Assembly: GCA_963780185.1 (NCBI GenBank)
Contig: CAWABA010000003.1
Location: forward strand, 1 to 64,000
Length of the DNA: 64,000 nt
Origin: Candidatus Bathyarchaeota archaeon
GTDB lineage: Archaea > Thermoproteota > Bathyarchaeia > Bathyarchaeales > Bathycorpusculaceae
Reading direction: 5' to 3'
Shown here: positions 19,491 through 29,713 of the stretch, one piece after another
How the letters are laid out: the number at the start of each line of letters is the position of its first letter
Numbering within the stretch: position 1 is the first letter of the stretch
Translations under genes and position numbers: made by a program
The notes under the pieces: generated by a model
What the model saw: only the letters and a program-made list of their open reading frames with translations
What the model was told of the DNA's origin: nothing
The model's database searches: none

Positions 19491-19910
19491 ATGCCGAGCA
19501 ATCAGGAAATCCGTGGCAACACGCTAAAGGCATATTTGTACTTGCTTAAACATGGTCCCAGTGAACTGCGGGAGGTTCAGCGGGGTCTGGATTTATCATC
19601 AGCTTCCTTAGCGTCTTACCATCTGGGCAAACTTGCAGAAGCCAACTACGTTAAGCAGGATGAAACAGGAAAATACTTCGCCGTTAAGGATGCCTCAGCA
19701 AAAGTTCTTGAAGGCTACAGCAGGGTCGGTCCAACTGTGGTGCCTCAACTGTTCTTCTTCTCGCTGCTCTTCACAATCGTCGCCGCCTTCTTTTCCGTCG
19801 AAGCCCTTTACGGCTCACAATTTACGTTTTGGCTAATAGTCGTCTGCGTCGCCATGGTCGCGGTGTTCTGGTATGAAACCCTGATCCTTTGGCGAAAACT
19901 TACGGCTTAG
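19491..19910 (+). CDS. Membrane-tethered winged-HTH regulator
   Basis: LREVQRGLDLSSASLASYHLGKL wHTH followed by two C-terminal TM helices. Confidence 0.8.
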   Translation: MPSNQEIRGNTLKAYLYLLKHGPSELREVQRGLDLSSASLASYHLGKLAEANYVKQDETGKYFAVKDASAKVLEGYSRVGPTVVPQLFFFSLLFTIVAAFFSVEALYGSQFTFWLIVVCVAMVAVFWYETLILWRKLTA

Positions 19911-20033
19911 CCTAATCGGTTTTCAATGGTTTGGCTGCATTCAAGGCTTTTGAAAGCTGTTTAAAGGTCTTTTAACGTGCTTTCAAAAATGTAGGTTATT
20001 ATCCTAACCTGCCCATCCTTGCTTCGATGAAAA

Positions 20034-21332
20034 ATGACTTTAAAATGGACTACTAAATATGGCTTAGCAGCAGTACTTGCCGCCGCACTAATAATCACAG
20101 TTGTCTTCATGGTTAACCCAAGCGTTATGCCTACGCAGGTTTCAGGCAAATCCTCCTTTGCAGTTATGCTTACGGACCCGCCGATTGTACCCGCAGGCAC
20201 AACCGTGCTCAACATCACCTACTCCGACATCTCCCTGCACGTAACCTACACCAACGGGACTTCCGAGTGGCTTTCAGTAGGAACCTCAGGAACCGTAAAC
20301 TCCTTCGCCTTGGTCAACATGAGCCAAACCATCGCCTCCACCACAATTCCAACCAACACCACCGTAGACAAAATCCAATTCACAATAACCAACGTTAACA
20401 CCGTGATTAACGGCACAACTTACAGCGTCACCACGCTTTCAAACACCCTGGTTATGGCGGTTGCCAACAGCAGAGTCAACCAAACCCTCTCAGGCGTGCT
20501 GGTAGACTTCAACCCCACAATCATCGAGATCCAGTCAGTCGACGCAAACGGAAACCCAACTAGCTACTTCGTCCTTGCTCCAAGCGCCACCGCATCAGTC
20601 GTCGGCAGCTTAGATCGCTCGCAAATCAGAGTTGGAACAATCGTCAAGATTGGCCAAAACGGGCAGGTAAGAGAAGAACGTGTAGTTCAAAACTTCAGCC
20701 AAGACCTTTCAATCACCGCCGCGTCGCTGTCAGTTAACGGCAACACCACAAACCTTTCAGTAACCCTAACCAACAACGGAGACTTAACTTTCCGAGTCTA
20801 TGACTTAATGCTTCAAGGCAACTTCAGCTCCACCCTGAACTGGGCACACCAATTCCAAATGCCAAACCGCAACCAAGACACTATACCATTCCAAATCAAC
20901 AACACCGCTTTGGTTCCGCTTCTCGGACCAGGCATGGGCATGCAAACCATGATGCCAGCCAACGCCAGACCGATGCCAGTAACGCAAGCAGCAAACATTA
21001 TGCAGCCTCTGGACATGCAAATGGGAATGAACCGCCAAAACGCAGGCTCTAACATGGGCGGTATGGGTGGAATGGGCAACGGCAATGGAAACCAACCCCT
21101 GGGTCCTCAAGGCGGACACGATGACAGAACAGGAAACGCAGCATCTGGATATCTTGCATTGCAGCCAGGACAAACGGTCACAGTGACTTTCAGCGGAGTA
21201 ATCGGTTTCCAGCATGGACTAAACTTAGCAGATAGACCCGCATTGACAATGACCCCGATAGTGGGAAACACCTACACGATACAGCTTACAGGCGAAGGCT
21301 TCCAAACCTACACCGTAACAGCAACAGCCTAA
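20034..21332 (+). CDS. Exported beta-rich protein with Met/Gly-rich insert
   Basis: N-terminal TM, VMLTDPP motif, many NxT sequons, MGMQTMM...MQMGM...MGGMGGMG segment. Confidence 0.7.
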   Translation: MTLKWTTKYGLAAVLAAALIITVVFMVNPSVMPTQVSGKSSFAVMLTDPPIVPAGTTVLNITYSDISLHVTYTNGTSEWLSVGTSGTVNSFALVNMSQTIASTTIPTNTTVDKIQFTITNVNTVINGTTYSVTTLSNTLVMAVANSRVNQTLSGVLVDFNPTIIEIQSVDANGNPTSYFVLAPSATASVVGSLDRSQIRVGTIVKIGQNGQVREERVVQNFSQDLSITAASLSVNGNTTNLSVTLTNNGDLTFRVYDLMLQGNFSSTLNWAHQFQMPNRNQDTIPFQINNTALVPLLGPGMGMQTMMPANARPMPVTQAANIMQPLDMQMGMNRQNAGSNMGGMGGMGNGNGNQPLGPQGGHDDRTGNAASGYLALQPGQTVTVTFSGVIGFQHGLNLADRPALTMTPIVGNTYTIQLTGEGFQTYTVTATA

Positions 21333-21457
21333 ACAAAAAACACTTCCCCAATTTCTTTTTTTTTGCTTTATTCTTTTCAGAGATAGAGTTTCACAGGGTA
21401 TTTAGTAGAAATAACTTGGGAAAATAATTAAAAAAAGAATTTTTGTCAGGCTTACGT

Positions 21458-22147
21458 TTAGCCCAACACTTTTTGCTGCATGAACGCTCCGCACCACGAG
21501 TAGTACATGACTTGCCCGGTGGTTCCGTAGACGCCCATCATTCCAAGGATGCTGCCGTTTTTCATGACTTGCATGGTGTAGTACCCGTAGAAGGTTGTTA
21601 CCTGCCCGACGGTTGCTCCAGTGTAGTTTGCGTCAAGGTACTGTTGCGCGTACGCTTTCGCTTGCTCCATTGTGATTGCCATGTTGGTTGTGGGGGTGCC
21701 TCTTAGCCAAGTCATCATGCCGCTGCCGCCCATCATGCCTGAGGAACCTGTGGTTGTCAGGTAACCCATCATGCCAGTGCCCGTTGAGCCGTACTTGGTG
21801 TTCCACATAAGGGTTGGTCCCTGCATCGGCGTGACAACACCTGTGGTTCTGTTTACGGCAAGTTCGAATGCGCCTGTCCCGTTGCTATGCTCAACCACTT
21901 GAGCGAAGTACATGTTGGAGTACTCCTGCACCATTTTTACTTCCAAATTAGAATAACTCATCCTTACCAGATAGTTTCGAGCCTCAGTCGTCGCCTGATT
22001 AATAGATATGCCTGCTGTGGTGCCAGGTGACGTGCCCGAGTTGCTCGCTTTGTTTCCAGCTTGGTAAATTAGGGCTAATCCCGTAGCCACTGAAGCGGCA
22101 ACAATCACTACCGCAATTATTAGTGCGATTGTTTTTTTCATTTTCAT
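21458..22147 (-). CDS. Exported Met-rich protein with two PepSY-like repeats
   Basis: ISINQA..EARNYL and ITMEQAKAYAQQYL repeats; GPTLMWNTKYG, GMMGY, GMMGGSGMM, FYGYYT, GMMGV. Confidence 0.72.
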   Translation of the reverse strand: MKMKKTIALIIAVVIVAASVATGLALIYQAGNKASNSGTSPGTTAGISINQATTEARNYLVRMSYSNLEVKMVQEYSNMYFAQVVEHSNGTGAFELAVNRTTGVVTPMQGPTLMWNTKYGSTGTGMMGYLTTTGSSGMMGGSGMMTWLRGTPTTNMAITMEQAKAYAQQYLDANYTGATVGQVTTFYGYYTMQVMKNGSILGMMGVYGTTGQVMYYSWCGAFMQQKVLG

Positions 22148-22203
22148 TTTTCTTGCACTTCCTCTGTCTTACCTTAGGGGCTTGGAAGGATATGAGGGTT
22201 CAG

Positions 22204-22231
22204 TGAAACAGCGATGAAACAAGATTGAAAC
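22204..22231. promoter_or_regulatory. Three direct repeats TGAAAC with exact 11-bp period
   Basis: Copies at 22204, 22215 and 22226, upstream of the minus-strand Met-rich gene. Confidence 0.6.
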
Positions 22232-22374
22232 GGTGAGAAGGGTGATTTGCCTCTTTGGCGAGACACTGTATAATATGACACTTGTCATAAGTCGCTTATA
22301 GGGCTTCTCCCCAAAAAACAACAAACCACCAACAAACAAAGCCATTCCCAAAAACGCCCAAAACGGGTCGCAAC

Positions 22375-23025
22375 CTAGTAAAAACAAGCAATATACTCTC
22401 TTACCCTAAACGCAACGCCCAAGCCGTCAGCAACCGCCTTTGCCTTTGCCAGGTCAACTTCAGGCATCCTAACCGTCGTCGCTTCAACCTGCAAATGGGA
22501 TTTGGCGGTTTGGATAAAACTGATGGCTGCTTCGTAGGCGCCCTCGAACGTTGGCTTACAAATCTCCATGTAAGTTTCCTTGTCGCCAGCGTTTAAGCTG
22601 ACGCTCACCTTGTCCACGCCCGCCGCCTGCAGCTCCGCCGCCACATCCCGCCCACGGTTAAGCACAGAGCCATGCCCGTTCGTGTTCAGCCGAATCTTCA
22701 GCGATCTGCCCTGATGCTGCCTGATCCAGCGTGCAACCGCCAGCAAAACGTCAAGCCGCTCCGTCGGCTCCCCGAAACCGCAGAAAACCACTTCATCCCA
22801 GTTCCGCATGCTCAAAACCTGCTCAAGCTCAGCCACAATCTGGTCAAGGCTTGGTTCCTCGGCGAGTTTAAGGTTGAAGCCGCCGACTCCGCGTTTGAAG
22901 TTTTTGAGGCAGAAAAAGCAGCTGTTCGAACAGCGGTTGGTTATGTTTAGGTAAAGCTTGTTGTCCATCCAATAGACGGTTTTGGGTTTCTTGTCTTTAG
23001 GCATGCGGTTCACGTTTGATCCCAT
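22375..23025 (-). CDS. TatD-associated radical SAM protein
   Basis: LYLNITNRCSNSCFFC, VVFCGFGEPT, RLNTNG, VSVSLNA. Confidence 0.88.
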   Translation of the reverse strand: MGSNVNRMPKDKKPKTVYWMDNKLYLNITNRCSNSCFFCLKNFKRGVGGFNLKLAEEPSLDQIVAELEQVLSMRNWDEVVFCGFGEPTERLDVLLAVARWIRQHQGRSLKIRLNTNGHGSVLNRGRDVAAELQAAGVDKVSVSLNAGDKETYMEICKPTFEGAYEAAISFIQTAKSHLQVEATTVRMPEVDLAKAKAVADGLGVAFRVREYIACFY

Positions 23026-23037
23026 GTGAAGTTGGTT

Positions 23038-23325
23038 TTAGCCGCCTGTCATGAGCGCCATGATGATGACGTTGTCGCCGTCTTTGAGCGGCGTGTTGAT
23101 GCCTTGCAGCTGGTCCATTAGGACGCCGTTGACCATGGTTACGAAGGTTGGCTTCATCTCCCTTTGGGCTGGGTCGAAGACTTCCTGCGTGAAGGGTTTG
23201 CCGTATTTTTCTGCGACACCGCAGAGCAGCTCCGACAGCGGCGAAGCTTCCGCCATGTTAAATTCGTCCTGCCCCGTCTTTGTGAAGGTTTTAACCAGGC
23301 TTAAGTAGTGAACTTTGACTCTCAT
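23038..23325 (-). CDS. MoaD/ThiS/SAMP ubiquitin-like protein
   Basis: VNG...TPLKDGD, C-terminal GG; divergent from the AOR gene. Confidence 0.85.
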   Translation of the reverse strand: MRVKVHYLSLVKTFTKTGQDEFNMAEASPLSELLCGVAEKYGKPFTQEVFDPAQREMKPTFVTMVNGVLMDQLQGINTPLKDGDNVIIMALMTGG

Positions 23326-23434
23326 CTTAACACACTGCTACGACGGTTATGGAGTGGATGGGGCGCCTCATATCTTTTTTCCGCGCCAAACCCTCTTTAT
23401 CACGCGGCTAAGGCGGAAAACCGTTATGTTTACG

Positions 23435-23451
23435 GGTTCATGACGTGAACC
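23435..23451. promoter_or_regulatory. Inverted repeat GGTTCA-N5-TGAACC in the divergent moaD/aor region
   Basis: Seen directly; immediately followed by TTAAAA. Confidence 0.45.
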
Positions 23452-23547
23452 TTAAAACCCCGTTTTAGCCATGAATTTCAAAAGTAAAATCCCATTAACT
23501 TAATATACTGTTCAACTGACTAATAATTCTAAATTTAACGGAGGAAC

Positions 23548-25411
23548 ATGGGTTTGCTCGGTTACGCAGGAAAAATTCTACGCGTCAATTTATCCACAGG
23601 CAAAATAACTGCGGAGAAACTAGACGAGGAAACAGCCAAAAAATACATCGGCGGCATTGGCCTAGGCATGAAGCTTTGGCTTGCCAACTCGAAAGCAGGC
23701 GTTGAGGCACTTAGCCCTGAAAACCCGCTGGTTCTAGCCGTCGGACCCGTTTCAGCAACGATGTTCCCAACAGGCGGAAACGGACATGCCTTCATTTCAA
23801 AGTCACCTGAAACAGGCGCTGTCGGCGAAGCAGTAAGCCACGGCACCTTCGGAGCAGAAATAAAGCGGGCAGGCTACGACGCCATAATTTTAGTCGGCAA
23901 AGCCGAAAGACCCGTTTACCTTTGGATTGATGATGATTCAGTCCAGCTCTTTGATGCAGAAAAAGTCTGGGGAAAATCACCCAGCGAAACCGAAGACGCA
24001 ATTAAAGATGAACTCGGCGACTACTACGTCCGCGTCGCATCCATCGGTTTAGCAGGCGAAAAACTATCCAAAATCGCCAACATAATTAACGAGAAGACCC
24101 GTGCAGCTGGAAGAACAGGGCTTGGCGCAGTGATGGGGTCAAAGAACCTTAAAGCCGTCGCTGTGCGAGGAACCAACGACATTGTTGTTGCGAAGCCTGA
24201 TGAATTTATTGAAATGGTCAAGGAATTTCATGAGAGGATGAAGGGTCCAGCCGCACAGAAATACCGAACGCTGGGATCCTCAGAAAACGTCATGATTCAA
24301 AACGCACTGCACTGTTTGCCCACACGCAACTACAACAACTCATATTTTGACCGCGCTGAGAGAGTAAGCGGCGAAATCCTCAACGAACGCTACGTCGCAA
24401 AAATAATTGCTTGCAACTCATGCGCGATGCGGTGCGAGCATGAAGCCGTTGTCCATGATGGACCCTACAAGGGAACCATGGCGCGGATGGAGTACGATAA
24501 CATTTGGGCTCTTGGCCCCAACTGCGGCGTCGACAAACTTGACGCAATAATCAAAGCCGCTGACCAATGCAGCTTCTATGGTTTAGACGCCACAAGCACA
24601 GGCGTAACAATCAGCTTCGTGATGGATTGCCATGAAAAAGGCATCTTGACACATGAGGAACTCGGCGGAATCGACGCTCACTTCGGCAACTCAGAAGCAC
24701 TCCTACAGCTTATTGAGAAAATAGGCAAGCGGGAAGGAATCGGCGATGTTTTGGCTGACGGCGTAAAGGCAGCCGCGGCGAAATTTGGCAAAGACTCAGA
24801 AAAGCTTGCCATGGAAATCAAGGGTTTAGAAGTCACAGGCTACGATTTGCGATGCTTAAAAACTGCGGCTTTAGGGTTTGCAGTTTCTTTCCGTGGAGCG
24901 GACCACAACCGAAGCGGCGCCTACACGTTCGACCTATCAGGCAAAGTTGACCGTCTTAAAGCTGAAAAAGGCCGAGGCAAACTCGTCAAAGACTCCGAAG
25001 ATGTTTACGCCCTAATCGACTCACTAATAATCTGCAAGAACGCCAAAGGCACCCTCTACAAGGAGCTGCCAGACATGTCTAAGCTGTACACTCTGATAAC
25101 GGGGTACGAGATGACACCGCAGGAAATCGCTCTTGCAGGCGAACGCATAAACAATCTTGCGCGGCTAATCAACATCCGAGAAGGACTTAAGCCGCAAAGA
25201 CGACACATTACCGTGGAAAGTTATGAACCAGCCAATCTCAGACGACGGCCCAGCGAAAGGCTCCGTTGTAACCCAAGCGGAACTGGATTTGCTTTTGGAC
25301 GACTATTACGTTTCACGCGGCTGGACACATACGGGAGTACCTACAAAAGAAACCCTTGCCAAGCTCGGGTTGGAAGAATTCTCAGGATTAGTTGAAGGGA
25401 AAGAGGATTAA
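23548..25411 (+). CDS. Tungsten aldehyde:ferredoxin oxidoreductase family protein (frameshift near 25188)
   Basis: GYAGKILRVNLS, RAAGRTGLGAVMGSKNLKA, CNSCAMRC, EYDN, RGADH, DSLIIC; the C-terminus LDDYYVSRGW..GVPT..TL.KLGL is in the +1 frame. Confidence 0.9.
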
Positions 25412-25413
25412 GA

Positions 25414-25917
25414 ATGGTCAGAATTCACGAAAGAAAATTCGTTTCAGTTGACCCAGAAAAATGCGTAGGCTGCCAAGTTTGCGAGTACGCCTGCTCATTC
25501 ACCAAGGAAAAAGCGTTCAACCCGCTTAAGTCACGAATACGGGTGGTGCGGGTTAACCAGTTGGCTAACATGTCTGTTACCTGCAGGCTCTGCGAAGACC
25601 CCGCTTGCGTGGCGGCTTGCCCAAGAGATGCGTTGTCGCAGTCGACGGATACGGGAAACATTGTTCTTGACAAAGACAAATGCAATGGCTGCGGATGGTG
25701 CATCGAAGCATGCGACTACGGCGCCATAATGCTGCATCCCGAAACCAAAGTAGTCTACGTCTGCGACCTCTGCAAAGACAAACCCGACGGACCCCAATGC
25801 GTCAAATGGTGCCCAGAAGAAGCAATAACCCTAGTCACAAGCGACACCCTAGCCCAGAAATCAAGACTCAGCGCCATCAAGAAACTGTTCCAAGAGCCAT
25901 CAGAAAAAATAAGTTAA
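25414..25917 (+). CDS. Four-cluster 4Fe-4S electron-transfer subunit (AorA/DmsB-like)
   Basis: 16 Cys in four groups; starts 2 nt after the AOR stop. Confidence 0.9.
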   Translation: MVRIHERKFVSVDPEKCVGCQVCEYACSFTKEKAFNPLKSRIRVVRVNQLANMSVTCRLCEDPACVAACPRDALSQSTDTGNIVLDKDKCNGCGWCIEACDYGAIMLHPETKVVYVCDLCKDKPDGPQCVKWCPEEAITLVTSDTLAQKSRLSAIKKLFQEPSEKIS

Positions 25918-25947
25918 CAGAAAAAAAGGCGAGAAACCCACTCGTCT

Positions 25948-26103
25948 TTATTTCTTGAGCACCTCATCCAAGGGAACACATTCGCCCTGCTCCGCTTCAT
26001 GCTTGAGAGTTTGCAGCTTCTCCATTTCTTTAGGGCTGATTTTTTCCTCAGGAATCAGAGATTCAACCAAGCTGTCAAGCCTATCCCTTAGGAGGATACC
26101 CAA
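25948..26103 (-). CDS. Small antitoxin-like ORF (orphan, possibly 5'-truncated)
   Basis: My translation: (M)GILLRDRLDSLVESLIPEEKISPKEMEKLQTLKHEAEQGECVPLDEVLKK*, resembling archaeal RelB-type antitoxin tails. Confidence 0.4.
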   Translation of the reverse strand: MGILLRDRLDSLVESLIPEEKISPKEMEKLQTLKHEAEQGECVPLDEVLKK

Positions 26104-26208
26104 AGCGACCTAATAACTTTTAACCAAGACAAAATCCAGAAGGCGCACGTAATGCTCGATTATTATCTGAAAAACAATTTATGTTTCTGGTAATGCTTGG
26201 TTGCTTGT

Positions 26209-26427
26209 CTATTCGGCTTCGGCAGATGTGGTAAGTTGGATTCTCTTTTCAAGAAAATTGTCGATACCGACCGCTACGAAAACCCAAACAAACCACAGAG
26301 TAAGAGTCATAAACATAACGCCTTGCTGACCGTAAAAGCCGAAGTACACAAAGTTGAATGCAACCCAAACACACGAAACCACAAGCAGAATTTTCAAAAC
26401 CCTGCGGGCAACACTAAATCCACCCAT
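26209..26427 (-). CDS. Small two-TM hypothetical protein
   Basis: 72 aa, two hydrophobic helices, upstream purine-rich RBS-like GGAG. Confidence 0.5.
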   Translation of the reverse strand: MGGFSVARRVLKILLVVSCVWVAFNFVYFGFYGQQGVMFMTLTLWFVWVFVAVGIDNFLEKRIQLTTSAEAE

Positions 26428-26710
26428 TTACGTCTCCCCCTCTCTCCCCTCTTTCCTTGAACAAAACGGAATCTACAACCACCAGCAATATTAAATCTAC
26501 CCAATTCCACCTCCACACCCCTACGACCCACCGCAAAACGAAAACTGAACATTGCGCACCCGCTGCGGCAAAACCATCCACGCGCTGGCGTGTGCGTTAA
26601 CAAAACATGTTTAATCGACATTTTAGCATAGCAGATGGTTCAATGTAAGCAAACTTGCAAAAAAGAAAGAGAGCAAAAAACTATAAGCGAATCAGAGAGT
26701 TAGGACTGAA

Positions 26711-27532
26711 TTGGAGGAAGAAATCTTGAGTCAAGAAGATAGGATATTGAAAGAGTGGTGCGAAAAAGATGAAACTGATTACGAACTAACGAAATCTCTT
26801 AAAGAAAAAATTTTTCCTCTATTGGAGGAAGCTCATAAAAAACAAGGGCAATCATTTGACAGAGCATTTCTTGAACAAAATAAGGGAACGCACATTCGAT
26901 TAGACAACTCAGCGAGATTACTCAATATTTTGCATAACAAAATGGACCCAAAGAAATTCACACTTCAAGAGAGACAAGCACTAAGTTTACATCTTGAATT
27001 CCTTCCACTCGTGGAAGGTTTTTTTGCTACTCAGGTTAATTTCCTGATTTTTATCCTTATTGCGGACAAACACGATTTTTTCTCCATCCGAAAAGAACGA
27101 TACGTTAAAACGTTAATAGAAATAGAAGAAGAGGACTTATCTAGGAAGTTAAATTTTTTGGAACAACACAATTTTGCCGAAGTGTCTGAAAGCGAAGGGA
27201 CAGTCCGCAAACTAAGGAATAGTTCTGCACATGTTTTTTATGAGTTCGACTCGAACAATAATATTCTTGTTAAGCAGGAAAAAATAGACAAAGAAACTTA
27301 CGAATCTAATTATCAACGTTTACGAAATGTTTCTTGTGCAATACAGAATTCAATTAACCTCTTTTACTACTTGCATATGTTATCGCTTTCATCAGAAGAA
27401 ATAGAACGTACCAAGAACGTAAACCTTGAGCAAGTCAAATGCAAATGCGGATATGTTAATTTACTTCCCGATAATCGACAGAGTATTGGGCAGAAGTTCG
27501 TATGCACTAAATGCAAAAAAACTTTAAGTTAG
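26711..27532 (+). CDS. AT-rich hypothetical protein with HEPN-like RNxxxH motif and C-terminal Zn ribbon
   Basis: Helical charged sequence, RKLRNSSAH at about 27206-27232, CKCG...CTKC at the C-terminus. Confidence 0.6.
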   Translation: MEEEILSQEDRILKEWCEKDETDYELTKSLKEKIFPLLEEAHKKQGQSFDRAFLEQNKGTHIRLDNSARLLNILHNKMDPKKFTLQERQALSLHLEFLPLVEGFFATQVNFLIFILIADKHDFFSIRKERYVKTLIEIEEEDLSRKLNFLEQHNFAEVSESEGTVRKLRNSSAHVFYEFDSNNNILVKQEKIDKETYESNYQRLRNVSCAIQNSINLFYYLHMLSLSSEEIERTKNVNLEQVKCKCGYVNLLPDNRQSIGQKFVCTKCKKTLS

Positions 27533-27657
27533 CAAGAAAGCGTGGGCAAATATCTAAATCTGAAAAGCCTAGAAATAGACTAATTCTTAGTCCAGAAACT
27601 TTGACTTACTTTAGTCAAGGAACTTTTACGAATAGCCTTTTATCGCCTATAAGTTGA

Positions 27658-28890
27658 ATGGTTATTATGGGTAGAAAGACTAAAACTTTAGCATCGTTGC
27701 TTGTTTTAATATTCCTAATATCCTTAGTTCTATTTTCACCTGCTACCGTAAAAGCAAGTTCCAAAACTCTTGTCGTTCCAGACCAATACCCAACTATTCA
27801 ACAGGCAATTAATAATGCACGTACAGGAGATACGGTGTTTGTGAAAGATGGAATATACGACCAACCAATAGCAATAGACAAGCCGCTATCTCTTGTGGGG
27901 GAAGATAACCAAAAGACCATAATTGCTGAAGAAGAAGCAGTTACCGTTCTGAATCATGTAACAATAACCATAGGAGCGTCCAACGTATTTCTCTCTGGAT
28001 TTGCAATTAAAGATTCTAACCGTGCAATAGGTCTATATGGAAATCCGAATGGAGTTAAAATAGCTGGAAATAGAATTGTCAATAATTCAATAGGCATACA
28101 GCTTGATTCAACCAACATAAACTGGATTATTTCAGGAAATGTTTTTGAAAATAACTCCTTTGAGGGTATAGTATGCGATGATTCAACAATCAATCTTACA
28201 ATAACTCAAAACTCGTTCTCTGGTAATTATGCAGCTATAGAAGCTAATGGTGGCAAAATAACGATAAGTAACAACCAAATCTTAAACAACTCTTACGGGA
28301 TATCACTGTACGACACCTCAAACGTAGACATTTTCGAAAATTCCATAACAAACAACAATAGATATGATGCCTTGGAATCGGAGTTTGGAGAAACATATGG
28401 ATTCGGAATATCGTTTGGTTGGAGTTGCAACAACACCAGCATTCACGATAATCTGGTTGGGAAAAATCCTTACGGTTTCTATCTTGCTAATGTCCAACTA
28501 ACCGATAAAATGGGAAATAACTATCAGGGTTCAAACAACTTAATTTTTCGCAATAATATTATAGGTAATTCCAAGAACGCTTACGTTAGCACTATTTTCC
28601 CGAACAACGTTACAGGTCTTTCAAATTTTGTAAATGGGACTGCCCAAGTTTTATGGGATAATGGCAACACTGGCAACTATTGGAGCGATTATAATGGTGT
28701 TGGAAGCTATGTTATCAACAATAACAATATTGACCACCATCCTCTAACTCAACCAGTCAGTATTTCCTCTACACCAACTGTTGAACCTAACTTTTCGCCA
28801 TTACTAATGGTTACTGCTATTGCAATAGTTTTATTGGTAGTAGCCACCGTTTCCCTATTGGTTTATCGAAGGCATCGAAAAAACAGCTAA
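27658..28890 (+). CDS. Exported NosD/CASH parallel beta-helix protein with C-terminal anchor
   Basis: VPDQYPTIQQAINNA..GDTVFVKDGIY, Asn-ladder repeats, GNYWSDY, IDHHPL, TM followed by RRHRK. Confidence 0.87.
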   Translation: MVIMGRKTKTLASLLVLIFLISLVLFSPATVKASSKTLVVPDQYPTIQQAINNARTGDTVFVKDGIYDQPIAIDKPLSLVGEDNQKTIIAEEEAVTVLNHVTITIGASNVFLSGFAIKDSNRAIGLYGNPNGVKIAGNRIVNNSIGIQLDSTNINWIISGNVFENNSFEGIVCDDSTINLTITQNSFSGNYAAIEANGGKITISNNQILNNSYGISLYDTSNVDIFENSITNNNRYDALESEFGETYGFGISFGWSCNNTSIHDNLVGKNPYGFYLANVQLTDKMGNNYQGSNNLIFRNNIIGNSKNAYVSTIFPNNVTGLSNFVNGTAQVLWDNGNTGNYWSDYNGVGSYVINNNNIDHHPLTQPVSISSTPTVEPNFSPLLMVTAIAIVLLVVATVSLLVYRRHRKNS

Positions 28891-29122
28891 CTTGCAAGCT
28901 ACAGGCATAAACTTTTGGAATATTCCAAAAGTAGCAGGCAAAAACCCACTGTTCTTACGTTTACCCACTCAAAATCATCCAAAGAATCAAGTCCTAAACC
29001 AAAAAAGCAACCCAACCCGAACCCCAAGCGGAACCCGCCGACGAGGGGAGGGGTCTAGTATTTACATCAAAAATCCATTGTAAATATGGGTAGCTAAGCG
29101 TGGTAAGTGGCGGGTTTTTTGG

Positions 29123-29713
29123 TCAGGTTTTTGTGACGCTGTCTCTTCCTGCTTGGAAGGCTTTCAGGTTCAGGTTGATGTATTTTTCTTTTAGCCTGCC
29201 TGCGATGGCTTGCTTAAACGACTCCTCCGTAACGGGGACTTCTGGAAGAGCGGAGAGTGCGCCGAGCAGGATGGTGTTGACGACCAGCAGGTTTCCAAGC
29301 TTCTGGGCGATTCCTGCCCCGTCGACTTCATGCACCTTTGCCTTCTCCCGCAGAATCGCCATAAGCTCATCCATCTTCTTCGGCTTAACGCCCACGCCCG
29401 CACTGCATGGCGGAATATACTTCATGTTAACAATCACGTCGCCGCCCCGCCTAAGCATCGGCAAAGCCCGCGCAGCCTCCAAAACCTCAAAACCCACCAG
29501 AACATCCGCCCGACCCGTTTCAATCAGAGGAGACTCAACTTTGTCGCCGATTCGCGCGTAAGCAACGATGGAGCCGCCGCGCTGAGCCATCCCGTGAATC
29601 TCAGCCTTCGCCACATCAAAACCCTCCAATATGGCGGCTTCACAGAAAATATCGCTCAACACAACCACGCCTTGCCCGCCGACGCCACTGAAAACCGTGT
29701 CCAAACGATTCAC
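29123..29713 (-). CDS. iorB: Indolepyruvate:ferredoxin oxidoreductase beta subunit
   Basis: GVGGQG, EIHGMAQRGGS, NTILLGAL, NLKAFQAG; GTG start at 29713 overlaps the iorA stop. Confidence 0.92.
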   Translation of the reverse strand: MNRLDTVFSGVGGQGVVVLSDIFCEAAILEGFDVAKAEIHGMAQRGGSIVAYARIGDKVESPLIETGRADVLVGFEVLEAARALPMLRRGGDVIVNMKYIPPCSAGVGVKPKKMDELMAILREKAKVHEVDGAGIAQKLGNLLVVNTILLGALSALPEVPVTEESFKQAIAGRLKEKYINLNLKAFQAGRDSVTKT

